From the NCBI GenBank assembly GCA_973895155.1, contig OZ316893.1, positions 8,394,963 to 8,458,962 of the forward strand: a stretch of 64,000 bases of DNA, in the 5' to 3' direction. The notes under the pieces were generated by a model. That model saw nothing but the letters and a program-made list of their open reading frames with translations, ran no database searches and had not been told where the DNA came from. The DNA comes from Marsupella aquatica. Lineage: Eukaryota; Plantae; Marchantiophyta. Positions 25,651 through 38,514 of the stretch are shown here, piece by piece (the first letter of the stretch is position 1; every line of letters starts with the position of its first letter). The translations under genes were made by a program, and so were the position numbers.

Positions 25651-26786
25651 TCCCGTCCTTCCTGTTTTGAGATTTAGGTCCGCACCTCTGCACCAACTGT
25701 AACTAGGCTAATGGTAGAGAGTTGGCCAGGAAACCTGATTCGTAAAATATGGTCAGAGGGAGCGAGATATTCATCACTGCCTTGCTATACAAACCGAAGT
25801 CTACCTCGTGAACTTGGGAATGCAGATGAAGCAAGCATGAATGATCAAGCTGCTTACATTGGCCCCAAAAAACTGATAAATCATGTTCAGCGGCTGCCAC
25901 TGCCATGCCTCGCTCGGAAGACGAAGAGAGTAGTGATCTTAGCGAGTGACAATCATTTACATCTTGCAATGCATCACTCCACGAGAGAAATTGTGTACAA
26001 GGGCGAGAGAAAGAAGTAATAGTTGTGGGCCATTGCCTTGTTGGGAGAAGAGTCCCAAGAGTCTCAAATCAAACCCGAAGCTTGGTAACGATGCTCTTCA
26101 CAACTCCCAAAGTTAATGGTGACTTTTGTTCCTTAAAATTTAAACGATAGACGACCTTCAAACCCAGCTGCGTTGTGCATGTCTTTTCGAAATGAAAGGG
26201 ATTGAAATATTCTAAATCTTCTGGCTAAAAAAGCTTCGGGACACATAAGTTTCAAGAAAAGTCAGTTCCCGGGAAGTAACAAATTCCGAGGAAAATTTTT
26301 AAAATATAAAAATCCGAGGAGCCTGACTTGGGGCTGACATGCATAAACCTTCGGCCCTTAAACAATTGGAGGTATTCTTAACGAAGATTAGGTCTCCATT
26401 CGTTGCATCTGACCTCACCCAAAAAGAATTCGATCGATTTTCCTCCGATCGTGGTTTCTCCTATCGTCCAGTCCTGTCCTCGTCTCCACTTGGCTTCCGC
26501 TGTCAGCCTCTCTCAAATGTCTTCAACTCTATCGTCCTCCTCTCGATGGATCCTTTCTGTACATCCTAAACTCCAGCCCCGTCTCCACTTCTCTTCTCTA
26601 TCAACCGCACATTATTTTCTTCGAACTCAATTTCAAATCATCCTCTCTTACAATCCTTCTGTATTCTCTATTCCTATCAAGCACTCTTAATTTTCTTCGA
26701 GCAAATCGTGCTTTCTCCTGACCTTTCTGTGTGCTGCATAATAGCTATGGTCGTCTTCCCTAAACCCTAAATCTGATAATACCGCT

Positions 26787-27115
26787 GCTCAAGAGCATCC
26801 TCCACCGTATCAAATTTGTACAGTCGGCACTGTCTAAGCGCATATTCCATAAGTGCATTATCTAGTTAAATTACCACTAGCCATGACAAAAGTTGCTCAA
26901 GAGCATACTCCACCATATCAAATTTGTACAGTCCGCACTGTCTAAGCGCATATTCCATAAGTGCATTGTCTAGTTAAACCACCACTAGCCATGACAAAAG
27001 TTACAAAGGTTTGTCTATGCGAACCACCACTAGCCATGACAAAAGTTTCAAAGGTTTGTCTAGGCGCACATTTCGTAAGTACATTATATGGTGAAACCAC
27101 CACCGGCCATGACAA
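26787..27115. repeat. ~108-bp tandem duplication plus partial copies
   Basis: GCTCAAGAGCAT.CTCCACC.TATCAAATTTGTACAGTC.GCACTGTCTAAGCGCATATTCCATAAGTGCATT occurs twice. ACCACTAGCCATGACAAAAGTT occurs 3-4 times. Confidence 0.85.
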
Positions 27116-27384
27116 ATCACCATAAATAATATCTTTCCTGAATTTGTGGAGCAATAGAGACGTGGAGAGGAGAAGAAAAAGAGTACTAAGCTGAAAAATG
27201 GAGAAGTTGTGGACACTTCCCCCTTTTATAATGGTTGTGGCCGTTTAATCACATGGCATCATGTTCATCCTTTTTAGAGATTATTTCTAAATGCACATAT
27301 GCCTGGTTCACTATTGAACGGTAACTTTATAAGCACTTACCCTTGATAAACATATATATGCACTTATGGGTTAATGCATAATCT

Positions 27385-29900
27385 TGTTGAGCAAAGACCA
27401 CATTCACAATGGCAAGCCCATGAACATCCAATGCACAAGTAGTTACATAGAGAGATACGTGACTCATCTCAACAGTGGCTATGTTCACGGGAACACACGA
27501 GAGCTTTATTGCACTCTAGTGGGCACTCTAGGCCTGTCGGCCATACTGAGTCTCCGTAATACAAGATCTCTCTGTCTCTCAATTGGCTACATAACAATAA
27601 GTCTGAATTCCCCCTATCCAAGCAAACACACTTGGGATAAAGTGTGCATGCTTTTGGAATTGAATGGAAAAAAAACCTAGTTAACCTAACCTAGTCTGTA
27701 ACTAAGGTTAGCTCTAACTAAGATTGTAATTGCAACCCTAGATCTAAGAGTAAATACCTAACAATCTCACCCTTGATTCTGGTCTAAGGGAGGGTAATAT
27801 TGCTAACCTATATGATAAGTCAGGAGGATGTCATGGACAAAAACCAAATCGGTTTCCCCTCTTTAACTAGAGCAAACCATAAATAAGTCCTAGCCCAATA
27901 CATAGGAATGAGCAAGGGCATATATCGGTAATTACATAAATGTTAAGAAAACCCTACTTGTGACGCAATTGCAAAATCTGCAATGAATAGGTTTTTGCCT
28001 AGTAAAACTCTCCAAAAAAATTACTTTGGTAAAGGGATCAAGGTTGAGTTCACAGTAAATTAATTTTGACTAACGCAAAATGATTATCAGACGTAACCTA
28101 TTTGATAAAATGAGACCTAACAAGCCCAGAGAGGCATCACTTTGTGGTAGCTCACTTGAGTAGAGACTGATAGGTCTTGGGTTCAACTGTTGTGGGCTGA
28201 CTCTTCCCTTTATGTGGGGTTTCACAGATTTCCCTTTACAAAAAAATTAAAAAATAAAAATAATAATATGAGCTCTAACATCAATATGCTTCACTATGTT
28301 GTCCATCACCTAGTTCACAACAAGGAGGAGCGCACATTAACTATCACAATGGAACTTTACATCCCCAAATGATAATCTCATCTCAGTGATCAATCTATCC
28401 ATTCAACCTTGTTTCCTTTGCTGTTTTCATTGAACATAATTCGCTTTTGTAGTAGATTGAGCTATACACTTCTACAAAGTGGACCTCCAACTTATGCATC
28501 CACCATCAAGTGTGAACACATATCCTATTGCTGATCTCCTCCAGCCCAGATCTTGAGTAGAGTTAGCATCTACATAGTCTATCAATGATCTAGCATTATT
28601 TGCATGTACATCAAACAATAGATCAAAATCCACAGTACCCTTTGAGTACTTAAGAATCCACTTTATTGTTTCCCAGTTCCCTGGATTTAAAATGTACCTA
28701 CTCATCTTTCCCGACAAGATTGGGTCAAGTATAAGTCAATCAAATACATGAGACTCTCCGCTGCCTCATCATCAAGAACCTTTGACATCAGCCCCTTCTC
28801 TGTTACATATGTGGGACAAAAATTAAGTTGATAACACTCTCGATAACAATTTGAAGTGTGCAGCCAAATGGGTACTTATTGGCTTGTTGTCGCCCACATT
28901 GAAACTAACAATTACCTTCCTTGTATGATTGTCATGCATCAACCATAGCTTACCAGCCTCCAAGTCCCTAGTGATCTCCATACCCAAAATCCTCTTAATT
29001 GGCCCTATGTCCTTCATTTTAAATATTGCACTGAGCAGTGTTTTGAGCTTAACAATCTCAGATTTATCCATGGTCACAATAAGCATGTCATCCACATAAA
29101 ATACTAAAACAATGAACTTTAAGATAGCATTATTCACCAATTTTAGATACACACAAGGGTCAAACATACTCTTGTGAAAATTTTGTGCACAAAATCACTT
29201 ATTCAACTATCTTGGTGACTGCTTTAATATTACAAGGATTTTGAAAATTTATAAACCAACTTCTCTTGTCCTTCCTTCACAAAACCTAGCGGTTGTCTCA
29301 TGAAGATCACCTCTTCCAAGGTGCCATAGAAAAAAGTTGTGACAACATCCATCTAATCTAACAGCAGACCAAACATAACAACAAGTATACACAATAGTAG
29401 TATCATATAGTACTTAGCAACTGATGGAAAAACTTCATTGTAATCCACATTTTTTTCTTGTGTGAATCCCTTAGCTACCAATATAGCCTTGTAGACCTTT
29501 GATGCACCTCCTATGGACTAATCCTTCAACTTATAAAATCCACTTGTTGTCCACCACTTGTTGATCCTCAAGAGACTTAACAAGCTCCCAAGTTTTGTTA
29601 TCCTTCAATGATTGCATCTTCGTGTGCATTGCTATAGTCTACTCCTATTTATCCTTTGGAGCACTTGTCTCATGAAATGAAGAAGGTTCCCCTTCTACTA
29701 GAATTAATGTATCAGTTTCATCATCAGCAACAAAATTCTCTTCTTACAATTTAGATGAATTAACCCATTGTCCATACCTGGGAGGAGCGAGGGGAGGAGC
29801 GTGTACAGTGCGATCATATGTTCTTCTAGTTAATAACTCTAATTTTTTTGTGTTTGCTAATACAATTTAAAGTTCAACGGTGCTCACTAGCATCAATAAA
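27385..29900 (-). mobile_element. Truncated, degenerate Ty1/Copia LTR retrotransposon (RT-RNaseH remnants + 3' LTR)
   Basis: Minus-strand fragments include DPCVYLK..LVFYVDDMLI..FKMKDIG..ILGMEITRD (RT) and IDYVDAN..RRSAIGYVF..ISWRS (RNase H). A PPT (AAGGGTGAGAT on the minus strand) directly precedes the LTR at 27763-27385 (TGTT...AACA). No 5' LTR was found. Confidence 0.9.
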
Positions 29901-30485
29901 TTCAGCTTGTTCCTTTGGCACAAGAACCACCTCCATGTTTGGAGCACCTCTTTCTCTCCAATCATGCACCCAAGCATGCACTTCATGACAATCTATTGGT
30001 CAGTCTTAAATACAGGAAGATTTGATGGTCAGGAAAATACTTGAATAGGGAATCTTTTGAGCATCTTCTCCCCAATCTTCTCCTTCACACACTTTACATT
30101 TGCCACTCTAGCAAAAAAGTAAAATCCTTAAAAATTATTTGGAAGAGAATGCAAAAAGGCAATGAGCATCAGAAGCCTTGGGGACAGAGCAAAGCGTCAA
30201 CATCATGAGCCCTAGGGACAAACTGAGGCAAGGCATCAATGTCAAGAGCTATGGACCAAGTGAGGCAGAGCAAGTGAGGACAAAATTGTGTTGTGAAACA
30301 GTATTCAGGAGGGGCTCAAAGTTTCATTGAATGGCCCTGAAAAACCTCCTTTCAATCCAATGGACACAATTTGGTCCCGCCTTTTCAGATTTTGTAGGCA
30401 GACAAAAGTGAGAAAAAAGTGAGCAAGCATATTAAAGTAGTTAGATTTCTTTTACAAAACAAATGTCATTTTCTTCATAGCATCC

Positions 30486-31090
30486 TTTGCACAATGACAT
30501 CTTTTATGCAACATCTTTTATGCACACAACAATCTTTTGTGGAACAATCTCTTTAGCACACAACGACATCTTTTATGCTAATACCTCCTCACCCTACAAC
30601 TTCTGTTATGTAACAACATCTTATGCAAAAATATATTTTTTCCACAACAGCATTTTTAACAAAACAACATCAACCATATATATTTCCGCAATAAATCTTT
30701 TACGCAGTGAAAGCTTTTGTGCAACCGTGTGTTGCAGCACAAAAGATGGTGTAGCTTAGAAGATGTTGCACAAAAGCATTTGCACAATGACATCTTTTAT
30801 GCAACGTCTTTTATGCACACAACAATCTTTTGTGAAACAATCTCTTTCTAAGCACACAACGACATTTTTTATGCTAATACCTCCTCACCCTTCAACTTCT
30901 GTTATGTAACAACATCTTATGCAAACATATATTTTTTCCACAACAGCATTTTTTGCACAATATCAACCATATATATTTCCGCAATGACATCTTTTACTCA
31001 GTGAAAGCTTTTGTGCAACAACATTTTTACACATTCATATTTTTGCATAACAACATCTTTTAAGTTACACCATCTTTTGTGTTGCAACAC
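30486..31090. repeat. ~293-bp two-copy tandem repeat built of GCA(C)AAC / CATCTTTT submotifs
   Basis: TTTGCACAATGACATCTTTTATGCAAC..TCTTTTATGCACACAACAATCTTTTGTG starts at about 30486 and 30779. Confidence 0.85.
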
Positions 31091-32084
31091 ACGGGTAATA
31101 AGCTGGAGATTGCTGAACCACTGGTTTTTCACCAATGGCAGGCAGCCATTGGAAAGTGTGCAATGGACTGTGCTATTGATGTAAGACATGTTTTGAACAC
31201 ACCGAACATTTGCTTGTCAGCTGCTATAAGGTTACAGATCGCTGGAGAGAGGTGAACAGGCTTGCGCAAGGGGCTCCGGCTTTGACCTCCTCGACCCGGA
31301 CTCTCTTTGAAGCCATCACTCAGGCTATCCGTAGGCACAAGCGGAATCCCGGTCCTCTGGTGCTGCTCATGGAAATGTGTACATAACAACATTTGGCAGG
31401 AGTGCAACTTGGCCACTTACTCCCAGTTCCTTGGGTGACTTCCCGGCTGGGTGGTTCTCAAACAAACCAAAGCATACCTGCAGGCCATGGTTGACATTTG
31501 CCATTCTGAGAAGAAAGGCATACAAGTTAGCACTGCCCTCTAGCAACTGAGTGTTGTGCTCCAGCCCTGGGCTCAGGCTGACAGCCCAATTCCCATGAAC
31601 CAAAATGATGATGATGAATGAGATTATGTACAGTCACCCTTGACCAGATGAAGGAACACACAGAAGAATAGAAATAGATTGAGCAATAGACATCTATTTG
31701 GGCTTCAAGAGGAAAATGTGGAATTAATGGCCCACTTGACACTTTCATAAATTATTTCAGTTTCCATTTGTAGTCTTTAGCAAATGCCTTACACAGGCTA
31801 CTCAAGCTTGACATAGGTGGACCATATCTAGGACTATGTGCAATATTAATTTGGTGCAAATTACTGGCCTTCTCTACACTCCCCCCTCCACTTTCTCTTC
31901 ACCCCTTTCCTTTTTTCAGTTTTTCTTTGTGTCTCCTCCTTGCTTTGGTTCCTTCCAAGATTTTTTTGGCACCACAAATTTTTAAGACTAGCTTTGCAAG
32001 AAAAAGCGAGTATAGTTTATTCTCCCTTTATTGGGTTGTTTGTGTCTGGGACCCTTCCCGGTTTGACAATTTGGTCCTTTTGCA

Positions 32085-32465
32085 CTGTGAAATATATATG
32101 TTTTTGATGTAGCTGTTCCATTTTGATGTGCACTTACCACAAGCCATCAGAAATTGGGGCTCTGGCAGGTGGTGTATAAAGGGTTGTTTTGCCTTTGGGA
32201 CCCTGTCTCCAGGTTTGGCATTTTTGGTTGAAATATATGTTTTTGATATAGGTGTTGCTGTTAGATGTGCACTTACCACTAGTCATCAGAAGTTGAGGCT
32301 CTGGCAGGTGGTGTATAAAGGGTCGTTTTGCCTTTGGGACCAGTGTGAAATATATGTATTTGATATAGGTGTTGCTTTTTTATGTGGACTTACCATGAGC
32401 CACCAGGAGTGGGGTCTCTGGCAGGGGTTGGTGGGAGAGACTTGGCGCAGGTGATGTACAAGGGT
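32085..32465. repeat. Three-copy ~120-140-bp degenerate tandem repeat
   Basis: TGAAATATATGT.TTTGAT...ATGTG.ACTTACCA...CATCAG....G.G.CTCTGGCAGG.GGTG is repeated at about 32088, 32230 and 32346. Confidence 0.8.
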
Positions 32466-33280
32466 GGGTGGCAAGGACTTGGAGCAGGTGAAGTACAGGG
32501 GTGGGTGGCAAGGACTGAGGCCCAACAAGAGAAGAATGCCTCTCAAAAAAACAGAAAGGGCCTCGTTGGGAGTTTGTTTTCCTCCAGGCCCCATCAAGTC
32601 AAGTCTTTCGATGGGACACGGTGGGTATGAACAAATCTAGGATCAAACACCCTTCGAAAATTCTGTGATGCTGCGGGACACTCGTGAGCTTTCGTGAAAT
32701 GGATGTCTTCACCACGACGCACGATGTGGGAAGTGTCGGGCCGGCTTTGCTATCCTGTCGTAGGAAATAGCAGCAATGGAGCTCGCTACATGTTTCCTGT
32801 TCGGAGTTTTCAGAAGCTTTCGGTAGCGGGGCGGGGTCGAATGCAAGAGCTTCCTTGAATTTAATTTGAGAACCAATGTAAGCATAACTCCCCCACTTGA
32901 TTGCTCGCCTCGCCATCTCTTAGTGTTCTGCGGGGGTTACTTTTGCACGTTATAGAAAGTCACCGCTTCTGCTGTTTTGAACGAGTGTGGGTGGCGCTGG
33001 TTGAGTTCTTGCCAAAGCTGTTGCCAATGGCATCTTGAGAAGAGAACGAGCAAGGATGTAGGGTTAGAGGGCGCTACTCAGTTACTGGCAGGTTTTCTGC
33101 GTATCGCGGAGTGTGAGCAGGTCCTTGAATTTGGTGGTACACGCAGAAGAGTTCTTGGCTGAGGATGTTTGAAATGCTTGCCTCTGGAAGTGTGAATCTT
33201 GACGACTGTCAGTTCGGGACGCTTCTGAAACGGTCTCGGCTAGGTTCTTATCCTTGTTCATCGATGTACTTTCATGCAGA

Positions 33281-36200
33281 ATGGATAACAAACGAAAGCT
33301 TCTCATCCTTTATGCGACGGAGACGGGGAATGCGCAAGATGTGGCCGAGCGTATTGCACGGGAAGCCATACGGCGACATTACCAGCCTGTACTGCAATCT
33401 ACACAATCATACGAACCGGTAAGCATTTGAGCCTTGGACTCATTGCACGGATCTGTAAATTTTTTCTCCCGGTTTACATCATCACCTGTTATTTTAGAAC
33501 GTGGATTCCTTAAAACTGTGGACAAATGCACTGAAATATTGTCCCTTTCTCACAATTTATTTCGTCACATTTTATCGAAGAATGTGCATTATAGTCCGTT
33601 AACTGTGAAGAAAGTATCGCTGAAATTGGGTCTGCCCTTGATGTCTTGGTGGCAGTTTCCAGTCTTGGCCAGATCAATCTACACTAGTTGTGTGGATTGT
33701 CTGGCGGCTACGTAAGATTTTGTGAAGCTGTCTTATTTAGGTTTAGCTAGGCAATTCGTGGTCTCAGCCATGTAAGTGACGTGTGGTATAACCAGTGTCA
33801 TTGCTTGCACTACTGATGTTTACTTCACCTTCACAATCCAGGGTGCACTTCCAATGGAGGATTCGGTAGTGTTTGTCGCCTCTACCTGCGGCCAGGGTGA
33901 TGCTCCAGCTGCAATGAAGGTATAGGATACATCGACTCTGTTTGACTGATCTTCAAGGATTGGTCGTCTGGCTGTAGACGTATCATGTTTTTACTTTTTC
34001 ATTGTGTACCAAGTGACAATTGGTAATTTGTTCTTGTCAGAATTTCTGGAGATATTTACTGCGGAAAAGCCTGGGTCCGTCCTGGCTATGTGGTGTTCAC
34101 TATGCCGTGTTTGGGCTTGGAGACTCAGGCTACCAAAAATATAATGTAAGTATTCGGAAGCCCAGTTTAGCAGGCACAGAGTTTAGCAGCTTCGGGAGAT
34201 ACCGACACTGTGAGCGAGTCTAGAATCTTTGCCTTCATAAAAAAGTTGACATAACTCCCAGATCAGAATAATGTGATAAAACGAAATCTTGACAGCCTGT
34301 GATTTGGGATTGTTGTGGGTACACTCGATTGAATCACCGTCGTTCCCTCTACGATTCAAAAAGTAGTAGGAGAATTATGTGTCTATAGCCATTCGAAAGA
34401 GGAGCCCTCATAGACACAAGGGTTGGCTATGGAGACTCGGATGGACACACTCAAACCTTAGTGTAACAAAACAAGAGCAAAGTACTCTTAGAAAGCTGTA
34501 AAGAGTGTTCTAAAAGTATAAGTTCCTGAATGGTTTTTCTCATTTGGGATTCTGTGGGTCCATCTGAGCATCTTGTCAAACCTTTGTGGTGCATCGAAGC
34601 TTTTCTTTCGTATCTTTTTGTTCAAATTATATTCATCAATCTTGTTGAGAATATCGGGATGGTGCTTTCAACCTTGCCAGGACAGTAGAGGAGGGGCATA
34701 ACATTTTTGAAATAAAGTGACTTAGCATACACCATACTTAGATGCCTGTAACAGATCTATAGTGAGTGAACCCTGACCTCGGTTTCTTGGTCTTGCAGAT
34801 CGTGGCTAAAAAGCTTGATCGCAGACTAGCTGATCTTGGCGGTGAGGAAATTGTCTCCAAAGGTCTTGGCGATGATCAGCATCGTTCAGGGTAGGTGTTA
34901 AATTGGATATCCAAGAATAATTCCTTCGCTACAAAAGTTCTTTCACAGCGGGCCTTTCATATTATTGTGCAAATCGTTCACAATTCTTCCCACAGATACG
35001 GCAGAATATAGGCACTCAAGTTCACAGCCCAGGTGGCGGTATATAACTGCTAACATGAAGACAATGCACCGCAGCTCCTTACCTTTTCGTGCTCAATTTT
35101 ACATGTTCGTCGATGCTTGGTGTAGGTATGAGGCCGCTCTCGACCCTTGGCTGGCAACGTTTTGGGTTGCAATGAGGGAAAGGTTTCCACTGCCCAGTGG
35201 TGTTTTTGACCCTAATCCCAAGGACTTCGGATCAACCAGTTTGGATCGTCCAAAGTTTAGAGTTACTTATCATGAACTACCAACACACGCGCAGTTGTCG
35301 ACCCTTACCACTGCTGACCATCCTGGTATGTCAGTTCCTGCATTTCGCCACGGTTGTTAGAATTCTCGTATTTGATGGTTAAGTTTGAACTGTCGAGCCC
35401 ATGTGTGGTCAAATGTAAAGGACCCGTCGTGTTCCTTATGTGCTTTTAGTTGCAGGTTATGTATTCTGTCTGGAATGTACTGTCGTTTTACCCGTTTTGC
35501 TAAATTGAGGAGAAGTTTTCGGATCTTTGGTGGTGGTGGTGTGACTGTTACCGTGAAGGTGGTGAAAACTTTTAGGAGTGATAAACCACAGTCGCACAAA
35601 CGCGCACGCACGCTCAAGCATTGTTTGCTCATATTTCACTCTGCAAACAGAAAATGTTTAATTGCTTGTCAATAGCAAATGTAAGCAGTTGGTAATGTTT
35701 TCTTGCAAACTTGACTTATGCAGCCTCACGGTCTGTACAAGAGAAATGGATGGAGTGCCAGCAAGCACGAGTTATGTTAGATTCTGCTGCCGGGGATATT
35801 CCGAATCACATTGAGCATGAGGGTGCAGGTTATAGCCCGAATCGGCCAGTATTTGCGAGAATGGTGTGTCTCCCAGTGCCATCTTCTGACTTTTGGAACT
35901 GTAGGTGTAACATGTTGATAATGGGTAAAATGTCCAAGCTCTCCAAAATTTTCTGGCAATCGGGAAGCTCATTTTACATGTGTGTCATGGTGCTGTAGGT
36001 GAAAAATGAACGGCTGACAGCAGAAGATCATGAGCAAAATGTTCGGCACATAGAGTTTGATATTGGCCAAACAGTAAGTGGAAACAAACATTCATACAGA
36101 TTCGTGTTATTCAAACTGTGAAGTTGAAAGATAGTGATCGCTCAATATCTCGATGGACACGAGGGCATCGCATAGCTGGAGCATTGTGTATGGACAGTTT

Positions 36201-38236
36201 GGAGACTAATTCCTTGTCATTCCTATTGAACTACATAGGATGTTAGGTACTCTCCGGGGGACATCCTCACGCTCACACCATGTCAAAAACGGGATGCTCT
36301 CAATTCGTTTCTGAAGCGCCTTTCTTTAGACGGTTCTGCCTATATAACTGTACGTTACTGCCTTGCCTCCTTTTATATAATGCTTGATCGATGTTTGCTT
36401 ATCCTAACAATCTTGAGCAGGCGATTTTTTTACGGACTCGCTTTGTAGTTAACGTTTAATTTGCTTTCCTCCAATCGTGCGTCTTGTTGCAATCAACGAA
36501 GTTGTCAGTCTGTGGAGGCAAGGTTAATTGGGCTCTTCTATGAAAGCACCATACTTGGGCTTCGTGCAAGCCACGTAGTTAACTAAAGTAGTCGATTTCG
36601 CCCGCTCAGGTGGAAGCTGCAAATCTTGACTGTAACTGGAACAATCCCCAACTACTGCAGTTGGGCCCTGTGCAAGTTATGTCTCTGGTCGAGGGTGTTT
36701 TGGATGTCTCGTCAGCTTCTCCACGGCGGTACTTTTTTGAGGTCAGTACGTTGTGAGAATTTTCCGTCGTTGTCGTGTTAGGACGGTCTAACTCCTGGGA
36801 GGCGTCTATTGTGAGTCTGGAGATCTAGCTGGTAAATTTGACGAAGTGTCTCCTGTGGGTTTGCCACTAGGTGATGAGCCACTTTGCCACAGCTGAGCAT
36901 GAGAAAGAGAAACTTCAGTACTTTGCATCGTCAGAGGGGAGAGACGATCTCTATCAATACAATCAAAGGGAGAGACGTTCAGTCCTGGAGGTACATTTTT
37001 TTCAGCAACTGACGATGCTTGCTTTTACTTGGAATTTCAGAACCAAAGTAGTCGCTTCAGCTTTGTCGTGATGTTTATATGAGTGGATGATCGCCAAACT
37101 TAGCGAGAAGATGAGAAGCAGTCCGTACGTTATGGTCGAGTTTAGGGTTAGTCGACAGTGAGGGTTAAATATGGGCTAAGGGTGGTGGCCCTGGTACGTT
37201 TTTGTAGGTGCTGGAAGACTTTCCGTCTGTACAACTGCCATTGGAATGGGCACTCCAGGTAGTACCTAGGCTGAAACCCAGATCATTCTCGATTGCATCT
37301 TCACTCCGTGCCCACGCCAATCAGGCACATATTACTGTTGCTGTTGTGAAATGGTTGACAAAGTTTCAGCGCCAGCGACACGGTTTATGTTCGACCTGGT
37401 TATCTGAGCTAGATCCCAGTTCAGGTCTGTATGCTACTCTTTCGCAGAAAACTAATCGTTGTGAAATGTACAATGAGAACCTGATTTGGCTTACATGATA
37501 AGAGTTGGAGACTGCCGTCAGGACTTTTGGAAATTTGATATTATTGTGGGTTGTGTGCTCAAACTTCTGTCTCACATGATCCCCGGGGCTTTTATGTGCT
37601 TCCCCAGATTTTCCGGATTATAAGAGGGGCTTGAATATGGTCATACATTTTTGAACTGAGACACAAGGAATGCTTATATTGATCCAGGTCAATGCATGTG
37701 CAGGTGAGGTACTTGTGCCGGTTTGGATTACTCGAGGGGCACTGAAACTCCCTTCTCCTTCTGTACCTCTTATTCTAGTAGGACCAGGAACTGGCTGTGC
37801 ACCATTCCGATCATTTGTGGAAGACAGGATGCTTGTGTCAGCAAGCAATCCGGTTGCGCCAATATTGTTCTTCTTTGGATGTCGAAAAGAAGCGAAAGAC
37901 TTCCTCTACAAAGATTACTGGCAATCTTGTTCTCAAGCTAAAGGGGTTTTGTCACCCGATTTGGGAGGAGGTTTGATTGTGGCCTTTTCAAGAGACCAAT
38001 CACAAAAGGTGTACGTCCAGCACAAAATTCGAGATCATAAGAAATTTGTATGGGGCCTGCTGCAGGCTGGAGCTTCCATATTCATCTCTGGCTCAGCAAA
38101 CAAGATGCCTGCGCAGGTAACCTCGACATTTGAGGAAATTATAGTCGGTGAAACTGGAATGACACGAGAATCTGCAATGCGACAAGTGAAGGAGTTCGAA
38201 AGACTGGGTAGGTTCAATGTGGAGGCTTGGTCATAG
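33281..38236 (+). CDS. NDOR1: NADPH-dependent diflavin oxidoreductase 1 (ATR3/NDOR1/Tah18), cytosolic Fe-S assembly
   Basis: Twelve GT-AG exons lie at about 33281-33418, 33842-33919, 34041-34145, 34799-34890, 35126-35325, 35724-35863, 35999-36073, 36239-36349, 36610-36741, 36871-36990, 37208-37424 and 37704-38236. Motifs are LILYATETGNAQDVAE (FMN), STCGQGD, FGLGDSGYQKYN, GLGDDQH, PRSFSIASS, GLCS, GPGTGCAPFRS, FFGCR, AFSRDQ..KVYVQH and C-terminal EAWS. Confidence 0.95.
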
Positions 38237-38366
38237 TGGCCGTCAGTGGCACACCTTCACCTCATTCTTTAAGTCTACTAGAGGCTTTACATTCTTATGC
38301 CCATCTGCAGGCATCGGTTTTGTATAATATCATTTTTGGTAGTCCGGCCAGTTGCACCCAGTTTAA

Positions 38367-38514
38367 CTGCTTTATCGCGGTACCTTCGAATTGTCAGCTG
38401 GAAGGAAGAAAGGCTTTCACAGGATGGTCCTGAAAATACATCTGCTTTATCGCGGTACCTTCGAATTGTCAGCTGGAAGGAACAAGGCCTTCACGGGATG
38501 GTCCTGAAAATACA
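38367..38514. repeat. ~75-bp tandem duplication in the NDOR1 3' region
   Basis: CTGCTTTATCGCGGTACCTTCGAATTGTCAGCTGGAAGGAA...GGATGGTCCTGAAAATACA occurs twice. Confidence 0.88.

Noticed and set aside
26757-26772. Telomere repeat / telo-box CCCTAAACCCTAAA
   Set aside because: There are only two units, which is too short to call interstitial telomere, and regulatory function cannot be supported.
31100-31750. Possible pseudogene fragment on the minus strand
   Set aside because: The composition looks coding-like, but every frame has stops and no family motif was recognised.
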